In this document: positions 16,960-35,215 of the stretch, one piece after another
Layout: every line of letters begins with the position of its first letter
Numbering within the stretch: the stretch's first letter is position 1
Source: the human T2T-CHM13v2.0 reference genome, Homo sapiens
DNA length: 64,000 nt
Direction: 5' to 3' (one strand)
Assembly: GCF_009914755.1 (NCBI RefSeq)
Contig: NC_060941.1
The notes under the pieces: generated by a model
What the model was told of the DNA's origin: nothing
The model's input: the letters and a program-made list of their open reading frames with translations, nothing else
Databases searched by the model: none
Position numbers and translations under genes: made by a program

Positions 16960-17460
16960 TACAACAAGCACTAGACCTGAAACCTGGGTGTAACTTTATT
17001 TCTGCTACTTCTTAGCTGTGTGGCTCAGAAGGTTAAGCCACCCAGCCTCCTTGAGCCTCAGTTTCTCCCTAAGTACATGGAGATAATACCATACAAGATA
17101 TATTCAAAATCCTGATGACGAGGAGGACATTAAATGAACAAGGTAAAAGTGCCTCAGCACAAACAGCCCCCAGTAATAGCCAACCAGCAAGCGTTTTCTG
17201 TTTGGCTTGGACAAATTGATGGTATTTGTCTCTAGACAATATTAATAACTAACATTTATCGAGCGCTCACTATGTGCCAGGCACTGGACTAAGTGCTTCA
17301 CAGGCCCCGGCTCATTTTGTTTTCACAACAACGCTGCAGGAAAGATGCCATTCTTATTCCTGATCCACAGGCATGGAAAGCTTAAAGACTTGCTCAACTC
17401 ACTCAGCTAGCAATTAAGGGCCCAGTAGGTCTTTTTGATTCCAGTGACTGTGCTCTAAAA
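16960..17460. mobile_element. Two MIR fragments in opposite orientations
   Basis: gagcctcagtttc (sense) and gagcgctcactatgtgccaggcact (antisense). Confidence 0.7.
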
Positions 17461-17464
17461 ACCC

Positions 17465-17630
17465 TCCCTACTCAAAGTGCAGCCTGAGACCAGCAGCATC
17501 AACAGAGACTGGTACCTTATTAGCAACGCAGGATCCCAGGAGCTACTCCAAACAAACTGAATCAGTATCTGCATTTTAGCAAAATCTATGAGGGATTCAT
17601 ATGCACATCCAAGTTTGAGAATCACTGCTT
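17465..17630. mobile_element. MER5-family DNA transposon
   Basis: ctcaaagtg...ccagcagcatca...actgaatcag...gcatttta...aagtttgagaatcactg. Confidence 0.8.
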
Positions 17631-17800
17631 TAAACCTCTAGTCTGGCTAATTTTACCATCCTGGTTTTATCTTGCTGAAGGTAATATTACTATGTTTGCT
17701 TTCTCCATGCACACACACACACACAGCTGTCAATTAAAGCAAGCAAGATGGTTAGGGATTATAATAATCCATCAGCAACACATGCAAAATGCATTTTTAG

Positions 17801-18230
<430 letters not shown>

Positions 18231-19124
18231 GAAATGTTTAATAAACAGAGTATAGTTGTATATAGGTTATACAATTTAAAAGGAAAGTATGTTTTAAAAC
18301 ACATGTACAGATCACTGGGAATTAGTTGTACTTTATGAGCTCCGTCTATCCAAGGTTATTGTCAGCTATCCAGCCTCTGACTGTGGAAAGCCAAGGTAGC
18401 GAGTTAATAGGGAGATATTGGTGGAACAAAAGGAGTGCTGTGCTTGGAGCTGGAAGACAACAGTCCAGACTCTGCCCCTGATTTGCTGTGCGATCTTGAG
18501 GCTCTCCTCCACGGGCCTGTGTTTCCTCTGCTATAAAATGGGGGGAACCCCCTTCCCCTCTCAGGGACCAACAATGCAGTGAAAGGCATAAAAGTTCCTT
18601 GTGAACTGCAAGGTGCTTGGCAATGCAACGGCCGAGTGTTTTCTTGAAAAGAAAAGAGATGAAAAAAAAAAGCAGTGAAACATTCACCCTCACTCATTCC
18701 ATTCCCCAAACACAGATATCCCATGACTTTATAAGGAAGATATACGGAGTAACCTGGATTTAGATTCCGTGGGAGCCTCAGGCTGATTTTCAAATCCTTA
18801 TTCGAACTTAGAAGTTAGGCTTGGACGTGGTTCAAAACATGAAAAGAAAGGGCTATTTCTCAATGTCTGGCCCATTTGCTTTGTGCTTCTCTCCCGGTTT
18901 CTCTGCAGGCTCACGAGGGCTGGGGAGCTTCTGTCCCAGGGTTCTGTGTGCTTCCTGTCTGGGCGCAGTGGCTGCCCTCTCCTTTGCTTTCATGGCTTTC
19001 TACCAGCACCTGTCTCCAGTGCTACCTCTCAGCTGCTCTTAGAGCAAAAGACCTGGGGTCTGTGGTTCGGCTCAATTCTCACCACTGCCTCTGTTTTCCA
19101 CTTTGTATCTTAGAAGTCAGATTT

Positions 19125-19423
<299 letters not shown>

Positions 19424-20173
19424 TCAGATCTGCAGAAAAAGCAGCAAATGTTACCCCTGGCTCATCTGGAGGGTGTGGAGTTTGGATATGGAGGGATAAA
19501 GTGACTTGCTCAAACTCATATAGCCGGCTTAAAACAAACACAGTTGGGTGGGGTTCTCTGGCCCAAAAGTCCAGGCTTCTTTACCCTGTTTCCTCTATGA
19601 CCTTTGGAAATAACCTCCTTTCCTCAAGACTTGTCCACCACTCATTTGCAACTTGTCTGTCACTGACCTCCCCCCTCTGTTCATTCTAGGAGACATGAAT
19701 CTGGGGATTAAAAGTTTCTGTGCTTTTCTTCAAACAGAACAATCCTAAAACCACATACTCTGAAAGTATCATTGAAACTGACCGAGAAGAGAATCCTCAG
19801 CCAGATTTTCCATGGAGAACCAGACCTGTCTAAACCAGTATGAGCTTTCATTACAGTAAAGTAATGGCAAAAGAAGCCTCGGGGCAGACAATTCCAGATT
19901 CACTATTTAAGTGGCCTTAGGTGACTGGATTCACCTCTCTGAGCCTCCATTTTTCTCATATGAAAGACAGGAAGAGTGCTACCACCTTTCAGTTTAAAAG
20001 GAAGATTACAAATAAGGATAAAGCTCTTCCTACATAGCAGGAGCTCAATAAACAGCAACTATTACCATCATGATCGCTGTCATTCCAGACCATCCATCCC
20101 AAAGACAGGGGTCTAAATCAGTTCTGCAATCCAGCTGCACATTAGAATCACCCAGGGAATTTCTCCCTCTCTC

Positions 20174-20418
20174 TTTTTTTTTTTTTTTAAATAGGGTCTT
20201 GCTCTGTTGCCCAGGCTGCAGTACAGTGGCATGAACATGGCTCACTGCAGCCTTGACCTCCAGGGCTCAAGCGATTTTCCCACCTCATTTTTTGATTTTT
20301 TATAGAGACGGGCCTTGCCACATTGCCCAGGCTGGTCTCAAGCTCCTGAGCTCAAGCAATCCATCCACCTCGGCCTCCCAAAGTGCTAGGATTACAGGCA
20401 TGAGCCTCTGCATCTGGC
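20174..20418 (-). mobile_element. AluJ-like with internal deletion, in a MER5 relic
   Basis: Antisense Alu lacking part of the right arm. Confidence 0.88.
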
Positions 20419-21205
20419 TGTGAATTTTATTTTTTGTTTACAATTTCCAACTAGCTCCCAGGTGATGCCAATGCCACTGGTCCATGGCACCCAAAACTCA
20501 AGGTGTTGGGCAGATGGCTGGAAAGGTTACATGAATCTCTGTCCAGCCAGGCTAGAGTGCACTGCCTCCTGGAAGCAGACAGTCAACTATATGACCTCAG
20601 ATTAGGGCATGAAGACTCAGAACCAAAGCTTGTCCTCAGGTGACTCTCTCTCTCTTTGGCTTCCTGTTGGCTTTTTGGGTTCTACCAAGAGCTGCAGACA
20701 AGTGTGGCCACAAAGATGCACTAGCAAATTAACCATGGTGCCACACCCTGCTTTCACGTAGAGCTGCCGTCTCAAGATCATCCAAGGGAGAGTCAGAAGG
20801 CAAGGGCCCTGGTCACTTTCACTCAGATAAGCAGGGTATAGGACAGCATGGCCTGCCTTGGCTGGATGTCCCAGCCAGAAGGAGCTGAAACAATGGCAAC
20901 TCTGGTCAACCAGACTTCTCTGATCAGCCAACCAGGAAAGCTTCCCACCAGGAGCTGGCAAAGTAAAGGCACAGTTGATGGGCTCCTGTGAAACGAGAGC
21001 TGGTGGGGCGCTGGGTGGCAGGCCCTTCTGGCTTTGAGGTTGGTGCATTTTGTGACCCTGAACATCAACAAAACAATACTGACTGGACACCTACTATGTG
21101 CCAGGCAATGTTACATAAATATTTTCATTTGAACATCACATCAACTTTGCAAGGCGGGCATCATCATCTTTATTGTACACATGAGGAAACAGGCTCGATG
21201 GATAA

Positions 21206-21697
<492 letters not shown>

Positions 21698-23802
21698 TCT
21701 TCCGGCTTCTTTACGTTGCTGCTCAAAACTCTTAATCTCTGCGACTCATTTTACCCTTTCATTTGGGGCAGAGAAGAAAGGGAAAAGTGTGTAAATCAAT
21801 AGAACTGGAAGTGGTGTCTATCCCGTGTGTTGCGTGGCTAAGCAAGGCACCCAGCCCCAGGCCCAGGGAATGAGACTCTATCGATGCACTGATGGGCACC
21901 GAGAGCCAATCTGAGCCTGGGTCCCATCACCCCACCCCTGTATAAGCCACAGGAAGCTTCCTGAAGCTGTCAAAGGGCGCTCAAATGAGTGTCCCACTTC
22001 TATGGAGCCAAGGGCTGAAGAGGCCATGCTAGAAGCCGCTGTCCCATCAAGGCCCCAGGCCTGTACCACAGCCAGGTCCCTCCTGCTAGCAGTTTGGCAA
22101 GAAGGGTCCTTGGCAGAGGCCCCAACTCTGGATTAATATTACACCAAGAGAACCCAAACAAATGGCTCCTGACTTTCACGCTCCATAAAGTTCTGAGGCT
22201 TAAAATAAAGATGAGTTTGGAGGGGAGGGGGTGTCAACAATAGTCAGCATAGCAGAGCCACAGGATGAAACACTGTACAGCCACTTAAAAGAGTGTTTAA
22301 AACCACACCGTTCCATTAAAAATTCTCATTATGTAGTGTTACACCAAAAAGCTAGATTCAAAGGTATGTAAATCAGTAAGATCACAACTAGTTTTTAAAA
22401 CTTGTGCACATTAAAAAAAAAAAAAAGAACAGAGGGAAATATAACCAAATGTTTTCAGCCGTAGTACTGAAATTATCAGAATGATCAATTTTACTGGAAA
22501 TTAAACATTTTCCAGTTTTTCTTTAACGAGCATGTAAACTACCCAGGGGGCAAGGGGAACACATTCTGACTAAAATCCGTGTGACTGAGAAGTCAGGATG
22601 AAGAGCTGCTGGGATGGAATAAACCCCTCCAGGCAGCCCCGAGCAATGAGATGGGACAGGCACAGCTGTAATCTAGAGGCCCTCGGGCTCTGCTGTGGTC
22701 ACACCTAAACAAGCAAGCCAGTGCGGTACCCTTCCCAAGGGGCAGAAGTTCTCCAGGGAACATAACCAAAAGCCCATTAGCCCTTAGAGTGCTCTAAAGA
22801 AGTTTGGCAAAGACACTGCAGTGAAACACAGCCTGCTCAGGTGCTCTGCCCCAGGCAAAGAGACAGAAGACAGCTGCCGCTGCAGGGTCCAGTGTCCCTG
22901 AGAGACCCCCAGCAGACGAAGATCCCTGCCAGTGCCGCCACCCCCAAGCATGAGGATATAAAAGAGATAAGCTTCACCATCTGGGGCACAGGAGCCTCCT
23001 GGGAATGCCTGCCTGAATGAGGGAGAATGGCAGGTCCCTAAGCCATGTGCAAATGTGAAGGAGGAAGAGGGTCAAAAGAGAAGGAGCCACAGCAGCTGTC
23101 TCTAAAAGAACACTAATTACAGGGCCGTCCTCCCTTACCCAGGCCTGGTACTGCCAGCAAAGATGCTCTCGAGCTCAGCGTTCACCTGACCGCCTGTCCT
23201 CTGCCACCTGTGGTTGGCCCAGAGGTGGCAAGGGTGGTCTGGCTGGGGCTGCAGGCCTGATGGCTCCCCAAGCTGGGTGGGGAGGCCCCAAGCCCAGCTT
23301 ACTGGGAAGTCCTCATCCTAGGGTCAGGGGCCCTGTGCCAGGAGACCCTGGAACATGGGGATAACTAGAGAACTTCCTTCTCTGGAAATGTTAGAGACCC
23401 ACCAATACTGGAATGGAAAAAGTGACGTATTCATCCCTCAAAGTTGCGAGAGGGGCAGAGTCAAGTGCAGAGGTGAGAAATGCCAGTTCTCCAGGGGTCC
23501 CTCACCTGCCACTCATAGCAAGGAGCTCAAGTTCACCATCACCAAAGGTGCCTCTGCATGGCCTCCTGCTGCTGGCATTTTGCTGAGACACTGGAGAGGA
23601 CCGAAAAAGGCCCACACCAAGCCAAAAAGGTGGGCAGGAGGAAAGAGCATTGGCCTAGCAGTCAGACTAGCCGGATCTTGTCCCCATTCAAGCCCCTTCA
23701 CCCCCTGAAATAGGTGTGATTCCCATCCTAGATACTACATCAAAACATTTACAGATCGGTGAGAAATGTATGGGATGGGACTTCTAAAAACAACCAAATT
23801 CT

Positions 23803-23950
23803 GGCCGGGTGCAGTGGCTCACACCTGTGTAATGCCAGCAATTTGGGAGGCTGAGGTGAGTGGATCACTTGAGGCCAAGAGTTCAAGACCAGCCTGGACA
23901 ACATAGCAAGACCCTGTCTCTATTTACAAATTTTAAAATAAAAAATAAAT
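23803..23950 (+). mobile_element. FLAM-like Alu monomer
   Basis: Left arm with A-rich tail. Confidence 0.9.
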
Positions 23951-25119
23951 TTAAAGCTGTCAAACTCTAAACAAATGGAAAGTGTGGTTAAGATGCACGG
24001 GAAGTCATTATAAAGTGAAGGCATTTTGCTTCTCTTTCAGGACAATATGCAAATTAGAGGCAAAAATATAACCACATCGTTTTTCTTTTCAAACCACTCA
24101 TGTATCCACCATAAAACAGAGTTATGGGGCTGCTTCTGGAACATAGGAAATGGGGCTCAGCGGCTGGTGCCACACCGGGCCTCTTGGACCAAAGCGGGAA
24201 AGGAATGACTCAGACAGGGAAAGGAAGAGACAAAACCAATGAAACAGGAGGAAACGTAGGGAGGTTGGAACCCAGCATCTCTGAGAAAGAGGCCCAGATG
24301 AAAGGGAGGCGCAGCTGGGGGAAACAGGCCGGCAATTGTTTGTAGGGATGGCCGGCCCTGCTGCTTTGTGTGTTAATGTAATTAAGGGCTCAGTGGGGGC
24401 CAATGTTTAGAATCCTTTAACTCCCTGCCATTCTCACCGAGCGGCTGGGACAGAGAGTGGGGCTGTTATGGAGGGTGCCAATGGGTTTCTGGGCAGCTCA
24501 CTTAAAAGGGCATCCAGGGGCAGGCGGGCCTGGGCAGCAGGAGGTGAAGCCCTCATTCCAGGGTGCCTGAGAGGCACTTCCTCCTCCTCCCCACTCCCCC
24601 CGGGAGTCTCCAGAAGCCCTGCCATTGCCCTGACCCCAGTTAACACTCCTGGTAATTGCTGGGGCTGCTGCAGAAAGCCTAGGGAGAAAGAAAAAAAAAA
24701 AAAAGCCAGAGTTAGAGAGAGAAAAAAAAGTCTGCTTCTCCAGTGTTCATTGAGGCTTCCCTCCTGCCCACACCCTCTGGGTTGGGGCATCCAGTTTCAA
24801 GGAAGCTCCCAAGGCAGGGCTCTCCATGCCTGAAGCCAAAATCAACAACAGCACATGGAAATTACTGAATAGGAGCAGCTGGGTTTAGCAGGCTTCTAGG
24901 AGCCCTGCTCCAAAGCTCCCAACCCCTCAAATTTCCAAGAGGTATGTCAGGGGATCTGCCCCCCAACCCCACTCATCCAAAGAAAGCCTCACATTAACCC
25001 ACAGCCCAATAACCTGTTGCTCTGCAACAAAGACAGTGCAAGTTCTTGCTACCAACATGAGATTCCTCTGGATGGCAATGGACATTCTGTAGGCAAAACA
25101 ATTCATGCAATGTAAGCTT

Positions 25120-25320
25120 TAAAAATATTATCCCATCTAACTTCACAACTACCCTGTAAGGTCGGTACTGTTCTTTCCTCCACTTTATAGATGGGGAAAC
25201 TGAGGCTTAGAGAGACTAAATAGCTGTACCCAAGGTTAACAAGCCCACAAGTAGCAGAGGAAGGATTCAAACCCTGGCACCCTGACTCCAAAGCCTGTGT
25301 ATTTAACCCCTAGTCTATGC
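25120..25320 (-). mobile_element. MIR SINE
   Basis: tttatagatggggaaactgaggcttagagag. Confidence 0.85.
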
Positions 25321-25558
25321 CACAGGGCACTCAGGTAGTCACTGGGCAGTGGAAACACGCCTTGTGAAGCTTACAGCCTGGCACAAGGTTCTTAGCGAAG
25401 GCTCTGTGAGATTTCTGTGAGGTCTATGGAACCCCTCGTCCCAAAAATCGAATGCAATTTAATGTGTTTGTGTGTGCCTATGCTTTTTGGGAGGGGTGTC
25501 AAAGTTCTCTTTAGATTATCCACAGGATCTGGGACCGGAAAAAAGCTTAAGAACCTAG

Positions 25559-25860
25559 GGCCGATGGGCGTGGTGGCTCACGCCTATAATCCCAGCACTT
25601 TGGGAGGCCGAGGTGGGCGGATCACCAGGTCAGGAGATCGAGACCATCCTGGCTAACACGGTGAAACCCCATCTCTACTAAAAATACAAAAAATTAGCCA
25701 GGCGTGGTGGCGGGTGCCTGTAGTCCCAGCTACTCGGGAGGCTGAGGCAGGAGAATGGCGTGAACCCAGAAGGTGGCGCTTACAGTGAGCTGAGATCGCC
25801 ACTGCACTCCAGCCTGGGCGACAGAGTGAGACTCTGTCTCAAAAAAAAAAAAAAAAAAAA
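25559..25860 (+). mobile_element. AluY
   Basis: gagaccatcctggctaacacggtg and gagaatggcgtgaaccc; TSD AAGAACCTAGGG. Confidence 0.95.
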
Positions 25861-26479
25861 GAACCTAGGGCTAATAAGGTAACAACCCTCCGATGCCTTG
25901 TGAAGTACATTCTAGAACACAGATCTACCGATTTGAGTCCTCTACGTTTTCACGCAACCTCTTTGCTATCAAGAAATAGCGAAGAGGGCAACTTGAGTTT
26001 CTCCAGAAAGGGAGAATATACTGGCATTCGAGAATTAGAGGTACCTGGCACTGAAAGTCCACCCAGCCTGCCTGGGAGACAGTATCCAGGATATAAACTC
26101 GGGGTGGGGGGCGGGAGGGAAAGGGTTAAGAGTCAGGTCCTGTGGGATTAAAGGATTTCCTACTCTGTGTTTATTACTTCTTTCCATCACTTAAAAACAA
26201 GTTCCAACATTGTCCCAATTCTGATCCTGGGTTTTACTTGGATCCACACTGAGAAAAATAATTCATTACGGCAGCCCCAAACTATCAGAAATTAGCAGGC
26301 GGGGAAAAAAAGTTTCCATTCCATACTAATTTGCCACAGTTTTAAAGGCCACCGTCTGTCTAAAAACAAGGGTGTTCCTTAACTGAGGCCATTGTCCTCA
26401 TTTCCAGATGCTCCAAGACAGCAAACAATGACAATGATGCTGCTGCCAACATTTGACACCCAATATTATCAAGCCCAAA

Positions 26480-26700
26480 TTCTGTGTGCTGGGCTCTTAA
26501 CGATAAGCTTTACCCAAACTTATCTCATTTAATCCTCACCCCTGCCCTATGAGGCAGGGGCATTATCATCTCCAATTTAGAGATGACAAAATTAAGCCCC
26601 AGAGAGGTTAAACAGCCGCCCAAGAACACACCGCAAGTCAGTGACAGTGCCAGGATTCAAACCTGGATCTATCTGACCCCAAAGACAGGGCTCTAGACCA
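26480..26700 (-). mobile_element. MIR SINE
   Basis: tatctcatttaatcctcac...agagaggttaa...aggattcaaacctggatct. Confidence 0.85.
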
Positions 26701-26986
26701 GGGCCACTAAAAGTATGTCCACAGACCACCTACAAACTGTTAGTTGTGGGTCCTTACCAAATAAGTAGAGAAAAAGAAAGGAAGGAAGGATTTTAAAATG
26801 TTTCTAGCAATCTGACCTTAGCACAATATCCAAGCATGTGATCTGTGGACTTCCCTCTTAGAACAGGGTATAGACCAGTCTGGATGTTCTCAGACTGGCT
26901 CAGACTGGTCATGCTCATCGGTTCCTGAACTAAGGAATAGAGCATATTGTCCTTCACCTCAGATACTTTGAGAAGCACTGTTTTAA

Positions 26987-27441
<455 letters not shown>

Positions 27442-28302
27442 TTAAAATGTAGATAGATTCAGGAAGTTCAAGGTGGGGCCCGTGATTCTCCATTTCTAAC
27501 CAGGTGATGTCAGCGCTGCTGGTCTAGGGACCTGACTTTGGGTAGCAAGTCTCCAACTGCACAAGCAGACCAGAGCCAACGAGGCTGATGCTGTGAACTC
27601 CACCTGGCAAACAAGTCGGACTCCAGCAAAGGCTCACCAGTTAGCACTGGCTGTGAGGAGGCCAGAAGGTAGCCCTTACAAACACCTTTCCCCAACTCCA
27701 GGCTGAGTCTGGGATGCCCAGGGGCCCTTTTATCCTGAGTCAGAAACCAAAGCCCTCTCCGTCCCAGGGGTTTAACAGAAGGCAGAGAAAAGCAGCTCAG
27801 AAGCACTTGCAAACATTGCGAGGAACGCTACCCACAACCACAGCAAGAGGAGGGAGGATTTTGAGAAAACTGTGCCCACTTCTTTGGTTCTGCTCAAGCC
27901 AGACTGAAGCTGGGTCTCCAACAGTGATGGCCTGGGAGAATCACTACACACGTGTGTTTGGACAGCACTTTCTACTTCTTAAAAAGAAGATATCCACATC
28001 TATCGTGAAAGCTGAGAAATCTAAGAGCTGGAAGCCTGGGAGGAAGGGATGTGCTGTGGCCAACACAGGAGGGCAGAAATGACCCCTCTGTGACCGCTCC
28101 TGTAGCCAGAAAGAGCCACAAACAGTCCAACTCCAAAGGGGAAATGGTCCCCATTTCCTGCAGGTAACCTTCTCATGACCTGCTCTACTCCCTGGAAATT
28201 CTTGACACTAAAGGACACTAAAGACCTTCTTCCTTAGTGCCAACCTCAGTCTCTCCTAGTTCCATTTCTGGCACAAGGACTGAATGACTTATTAAAGGAG
28301 CT

Positions 28303-28613
28303 GGCCGGGTGTGGTGGCTCCTGTCTGTAATCCCAGCACTTAAGGAAGCTGAGACAGGCAGATTACTCGAGCTCAGGAGTTCGAGACCAGTCTGGGCAAC
28401 ATGGCAAAACAGGGTCTCTACAAAAAATACAAAAATTAGCTGGAGGTGGTGGCACACACCTATAATCTCAGTTACTTGGGGGCTGAAGTGTGGGATCATC
28501 TGAGCCTGGGAAGTCGAGGCTGCAGTGAGCTGTGTTCACACTCCAGCCTGGGTGACTAAGTGACATCCTGTCTCAAAAAAAAGAAAGAAAGAAAAAAGAA
28601 ACAAACAAAAAAA
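28303..28613 (+). mobile_element. AluJ-like
   Basis: Full dimer. Confidence 0.93.
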
Positions 28614-29285
28614 GAGGGAGAGGTACAATTCGCAGGAAAAACCCCAGATCTCCCATTCATTCCGGGCAGTCGCTCATTCATTCAAAAACACTGATGAAGC
28701 CACTGCCACATGCCGGGCACTGTCAGGAAGTGGGCATAGAGGCACAGGCTGGGGCCTTCTCCTTACCCTCCTCTAAAGAAGTGGGGAATAAGCAAAAAAG
28801 GGGTCATGAGGGCATTAACTAAGTCAAAGGGCACTGCTGTTCCTGCAGTGGGGGGAAAGAGAGTTCCTGGGCAGAAGCTCTCACATATGCATGGACTCAG
28901 GGAAAGCCAGTCCGAGGGTGAGACTGGGTATTCAAGTTGATGGTGGCTGACAGATCTCCTTCTCTTTACTCACACAGGGCCAAGAAAGGCCTGAGGGTTA
29001 GGAACACACAAAGGAACACAGTCAGAGGGACTTCATGTCCCAACCAAAGGTGTCTCAATAAGACACAGTCCCGAATCCAGGGAGGATCCGGCTGAAAAGC
29101 CTCCTCTGGATTGCAGAGGACTCCCGTGAAACCACGAGCCTCTTTCTCCTTTGCAAAAATCAAATCGTATTCTCCCACCTCCAAACCCTGCCATGTGCTG
29201 CTTCCCTACACGATGCCCCCACCCTGCTCCTCTCACCCACATGTGTCCTTCCCTCTCTCAGAATTCTGCTTAAAACGCATCTCTA

Positions 29286-30360
<1,075 letters not shown>

Positions 30361-31292
30361 CACTAGATAGATGGTTCTCAACCCTGGCTGCCCAATAGAA
30401 ACACCTGGGCAATGTATAAAATTTACCCCTGCCTGGGCCCCACCCAGCACTAGCAGAATCAGACAGCCTCACGGGCAGCAAGGGGGGAGAACCACTGAAC
30501 AGAGCTGCTCTGGACATTTTGGATCTCTTAGCCAGTCTAAGATTCTACAAGTAAACAACAATGTCTGTAACTTTATATAGCCTTGATGTTCTAACGTGTT
30601 GGTCGGTTCCCATTAGACCAAATCTCTCCAGAAGCAGGAACCATATCTTCTTTTTCCCTGTCTCCACAAAGCTGTATGCAGTGCCTCTTATTTTATACTA
30701 ATCAAAAAAGCTGGGCAAGTTCATGAGCCCCCCTCCACCCCAATTTCAGATGAAGAAGCCACTTTCATCTCCCCCAGTTCAACAGCATATGACAAGGGAG
30801 AATTTGCAAAGGGAGGAAGGGACAGAAGAGATGGGAATCCAGGAGGACCCAGCCACCTGATCTAGCCTTGGAACGAGACTGCTCTCTGCCAGCTGTGGGG
30901 AAAGCTTGCTGAGTTGCAGGGATGCAGGGCTAGGTATACTCATACTTCCTCAGCCCCACCTCTCCCGGCCAGACTGGAAGGCATGAAGCTGGGGTCTTCA
31001 GCAGTAAACTCTAGTCTACCAGATCGGATGCTGCATTCCCCAGGCCGACAGTGACTCGAGAACAAATGAACACAGGCCCAGAACACCTCTATTTGGAGCC
31101 CGACTTATGGGCTGGGATCTTTCTCCCTACACCTCCTTCAAGACTCCCCAGGAGCATCTGGGGACCTGGCTGAGAGAGGCCAGCCCAATGTTAACAGATG
31201 CAGTCATATCTGCCTCCTGCTCCCCTCCCCATCCTGCTCACCACCTCTTCAGACAAGGCAAAGAGGAATGCAGTGTCAAGAAAGAATATTTA

Positions 31293-31924
<632 letters not shown>

Positions 31925-31954
31925 CTATCTACTCATTCCTTAACAGATACATAG

Positions 31955-32401
<447 letters not shown>

Positions 32402-32653
32402 TAAAACTCACTGACTAATACACAAGAATGCAAACTGCCAATGTGTTTACCTTACATTTAATGAACGGTTTAGTGTTTTCTCTGAGATTTTACTTATTTG
32501 ATATTCCATGACAACAGGATGAGCAATCCTTAAAGACCTGCTTCAGGCAGCCCTGGCTGGCTTGCTGAAATCAGTGTAGAGCAGTGAAGGCTTCCATCCT
32601 GAGTGACCAGCGTGACAGTGATTTTTTTTTTTAAGCTTCCCTCCCTTCCATTA

Positions 32654-32654
<1 letters not shown>

Positions 32655-32707
<53 letters not shown>

Positions 32708-32708
32708 C
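32655..32708 (+). repeat. (CA)n microsatellite, one interruption
   Basis: Direct reading. Confidence 0.97.
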
Positions 32709-34029
32709 CCTGTTGCCTAGAGACTGGACACATTCCTGGTGCTTACTCTTCTTTTCATTCTCCAGAAGCAGGAGCTTTAGAAACTGGGGCCTCCAGGAAA
32801 TATGCCTGGGGCCGGGGTGAAGGGGGTCCAGGAGTGACATTTCCTCATAGCCAGGCCCGCCCCATCCCCGCTGCCCTCCCTTTCCTCCCGAGGTTTGAAA
32901 AGCCCCAGCAGGCTGGAACTGAAAGGCTTCCACAGGGAACAAAACAAGGCCCCCTTTGAAAGCCTGTGTTTACCCCGGGTGCAGCCAGGGGTTGCCATGG
33001 CCACGGTCCACCTTGGCGGGCCAGGCCCGCCTGGAGCAGCCTCAGCGCCTGGCCGTCCCACCCCAATTCCTTCCTAGGGGACCCTACTGGCACCCCTCTC
33101 CTGGGCCCCCTTGACTGCTGGAAGCATGGATTTTCATCAAGTCCCCCAAGCTGAAAACATAATCCTGGAGAGACTGAAAGAGGATTAAGCCTCCCTCTGG
33201 GGCTCCTGAGAGAAAGACCAGGGGACTTGACCAGCCCTGTCCACACCCACCTCCGCTGTTGCTGTCCTGTCTCCTGGGCCAGTGACCCACCCGCTGCTAA
33301 TGAGAATGACTTATTTATGTCATTCATTATCGCTATGTCCTGGAGCCAAGCAGCATCAGGGGAGGCCAGACCAGGAGTGGGGCAAAGAGGAAAGGGAGGG
33401 TCTCTCCTCTCAGCCTCAACCTGAATCTGTCAGGCCCTGTGGGCTGCGGGAAACCACAGAGGCCTTGTGACCCAAGGACAAAAGCGGCTGAGGACATGGC
33501 AGGACAGTGTGGACTCCCAGGGCCCCTGAGTGCACAAGCCTGGCCAGGGAAGCTCAGCCCTCCCTGGCTCCACATTCCTCCTTTGGCCCTTCCCCAGGAG
33601 AAGCCAGAGGGAGCAGAGGCTCTAAATAATTCAGCCCTCAAATTGCTCTGTGGTCAGAGCTTCTTCATTTATTTTTTAACTCTCCAGGCTCCACAGTTTC
33701 GCAATGGAAGCACTCTAATCCCAGCCCTCACAACCAGGTGCCTCTCAAGCCCCCAGCCCAGGATGGCAGGGAAGGAGGCACCCAACTTCTAGGATTCTGC
33801 AGACTCATCCCTAAGGTTCAACACATCTTGAGGCCTCAGGGACAGTGGCTGGGATGCAGATGGGCAGCGGGAGGAGAGGAGGCAGTGCTGGCTCCAGGGC
33901 TGTTTCCACAGAGCATGGCACTACTGTGCTGGCAGAACTGGATTAATAGAAAGACCTGAGCCGCAACCCGGGTGAGGCTCAGATCCACCTCTGTCAGCAG
34001 CTCCACTCTCCTGCGCACTGCTCCTCTAG

Positions 34030-34404
<375 letters not shown>

Positions 34405-34614
34405 CTCATTCTTACTCTTAAAGGGCCTGGGCACCCTGCCATGGTTCCCTGGAATCAGCCTGGCCTCAGCTTCTATTAATAATATTAGTTAACATTTGAT
34501 TGCACATTCATTTCATGTGATCCTCACAGTAACCACACAAAGCAGGTACTATGGATATCCTCATTTCACAAATGAGGAAACTAAAACTCAGGGAGATTTA
34601 GAAATCTGCCCAGA

Positions 34615-35215
34615 GGCCTGGCGTGGTGGCTCACACCTGTCATCCCAACACTTTGGGAAGCCGAGTTGGGAGGATCACTTGAGCCCAGGGGTTCAAGACC
34701 AGCCTGGGAAACATGGTGAAATCTCATCTCTACAAAAAATACAAAAATTAGTGAGATGTGGCAGCATGCACCGGTAGTCCCAGCTACTCAGGAGGCTGAG
34801 GCAGGAGGATGCTTGAACCTGGGAGGTCTAGGTTGCAGTAAGCCGAGACTGTGCCACTGCACTCCAGCCTGGGTGACAAAGTGAGACCCTGTCTCAAAAA
34901 AAAAAAAACAGAAAAAGAAAAAAATCTGCCTAGAGGCTGGGCACAGTGGCTCCTACCTATAATCTCAACACTTTAGGAGATTGGTAGGATCACCAGCCTG
35001 GGCAACATAGCAAGACCCTATCTCTACAAATAATTTTTAAAATTAGTCAGGCATGGTGGTGAGTGCCTGTAGTCCCAGCTACTCAGGGAAGCTGAGGTGG
35101 GAAAACCCCTTGAGCCCAGGGGATCCAGGCTGCAGTGAGCTGTGATGGTGCTACTGCACTCCAGCTGGGACGACAGAGAGAGACCTAGTCTCAAGAAAAA
35201 CTAAAAAATAAATCT
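34615..35215 (+). mobile_element. Two tandem AluJ-like elements (34615-34921, 34935-35215) inside a MIR
   Basis: Shared flank AAATCTGCCYAG; MIR before 34612, resuming at ~35293. Confidence 0.92.

Noticed and set aside
23200-23232. CTCF-like AGGTGGCA cores
   Set aside because: The 5' half of the CTCF consensus does not match
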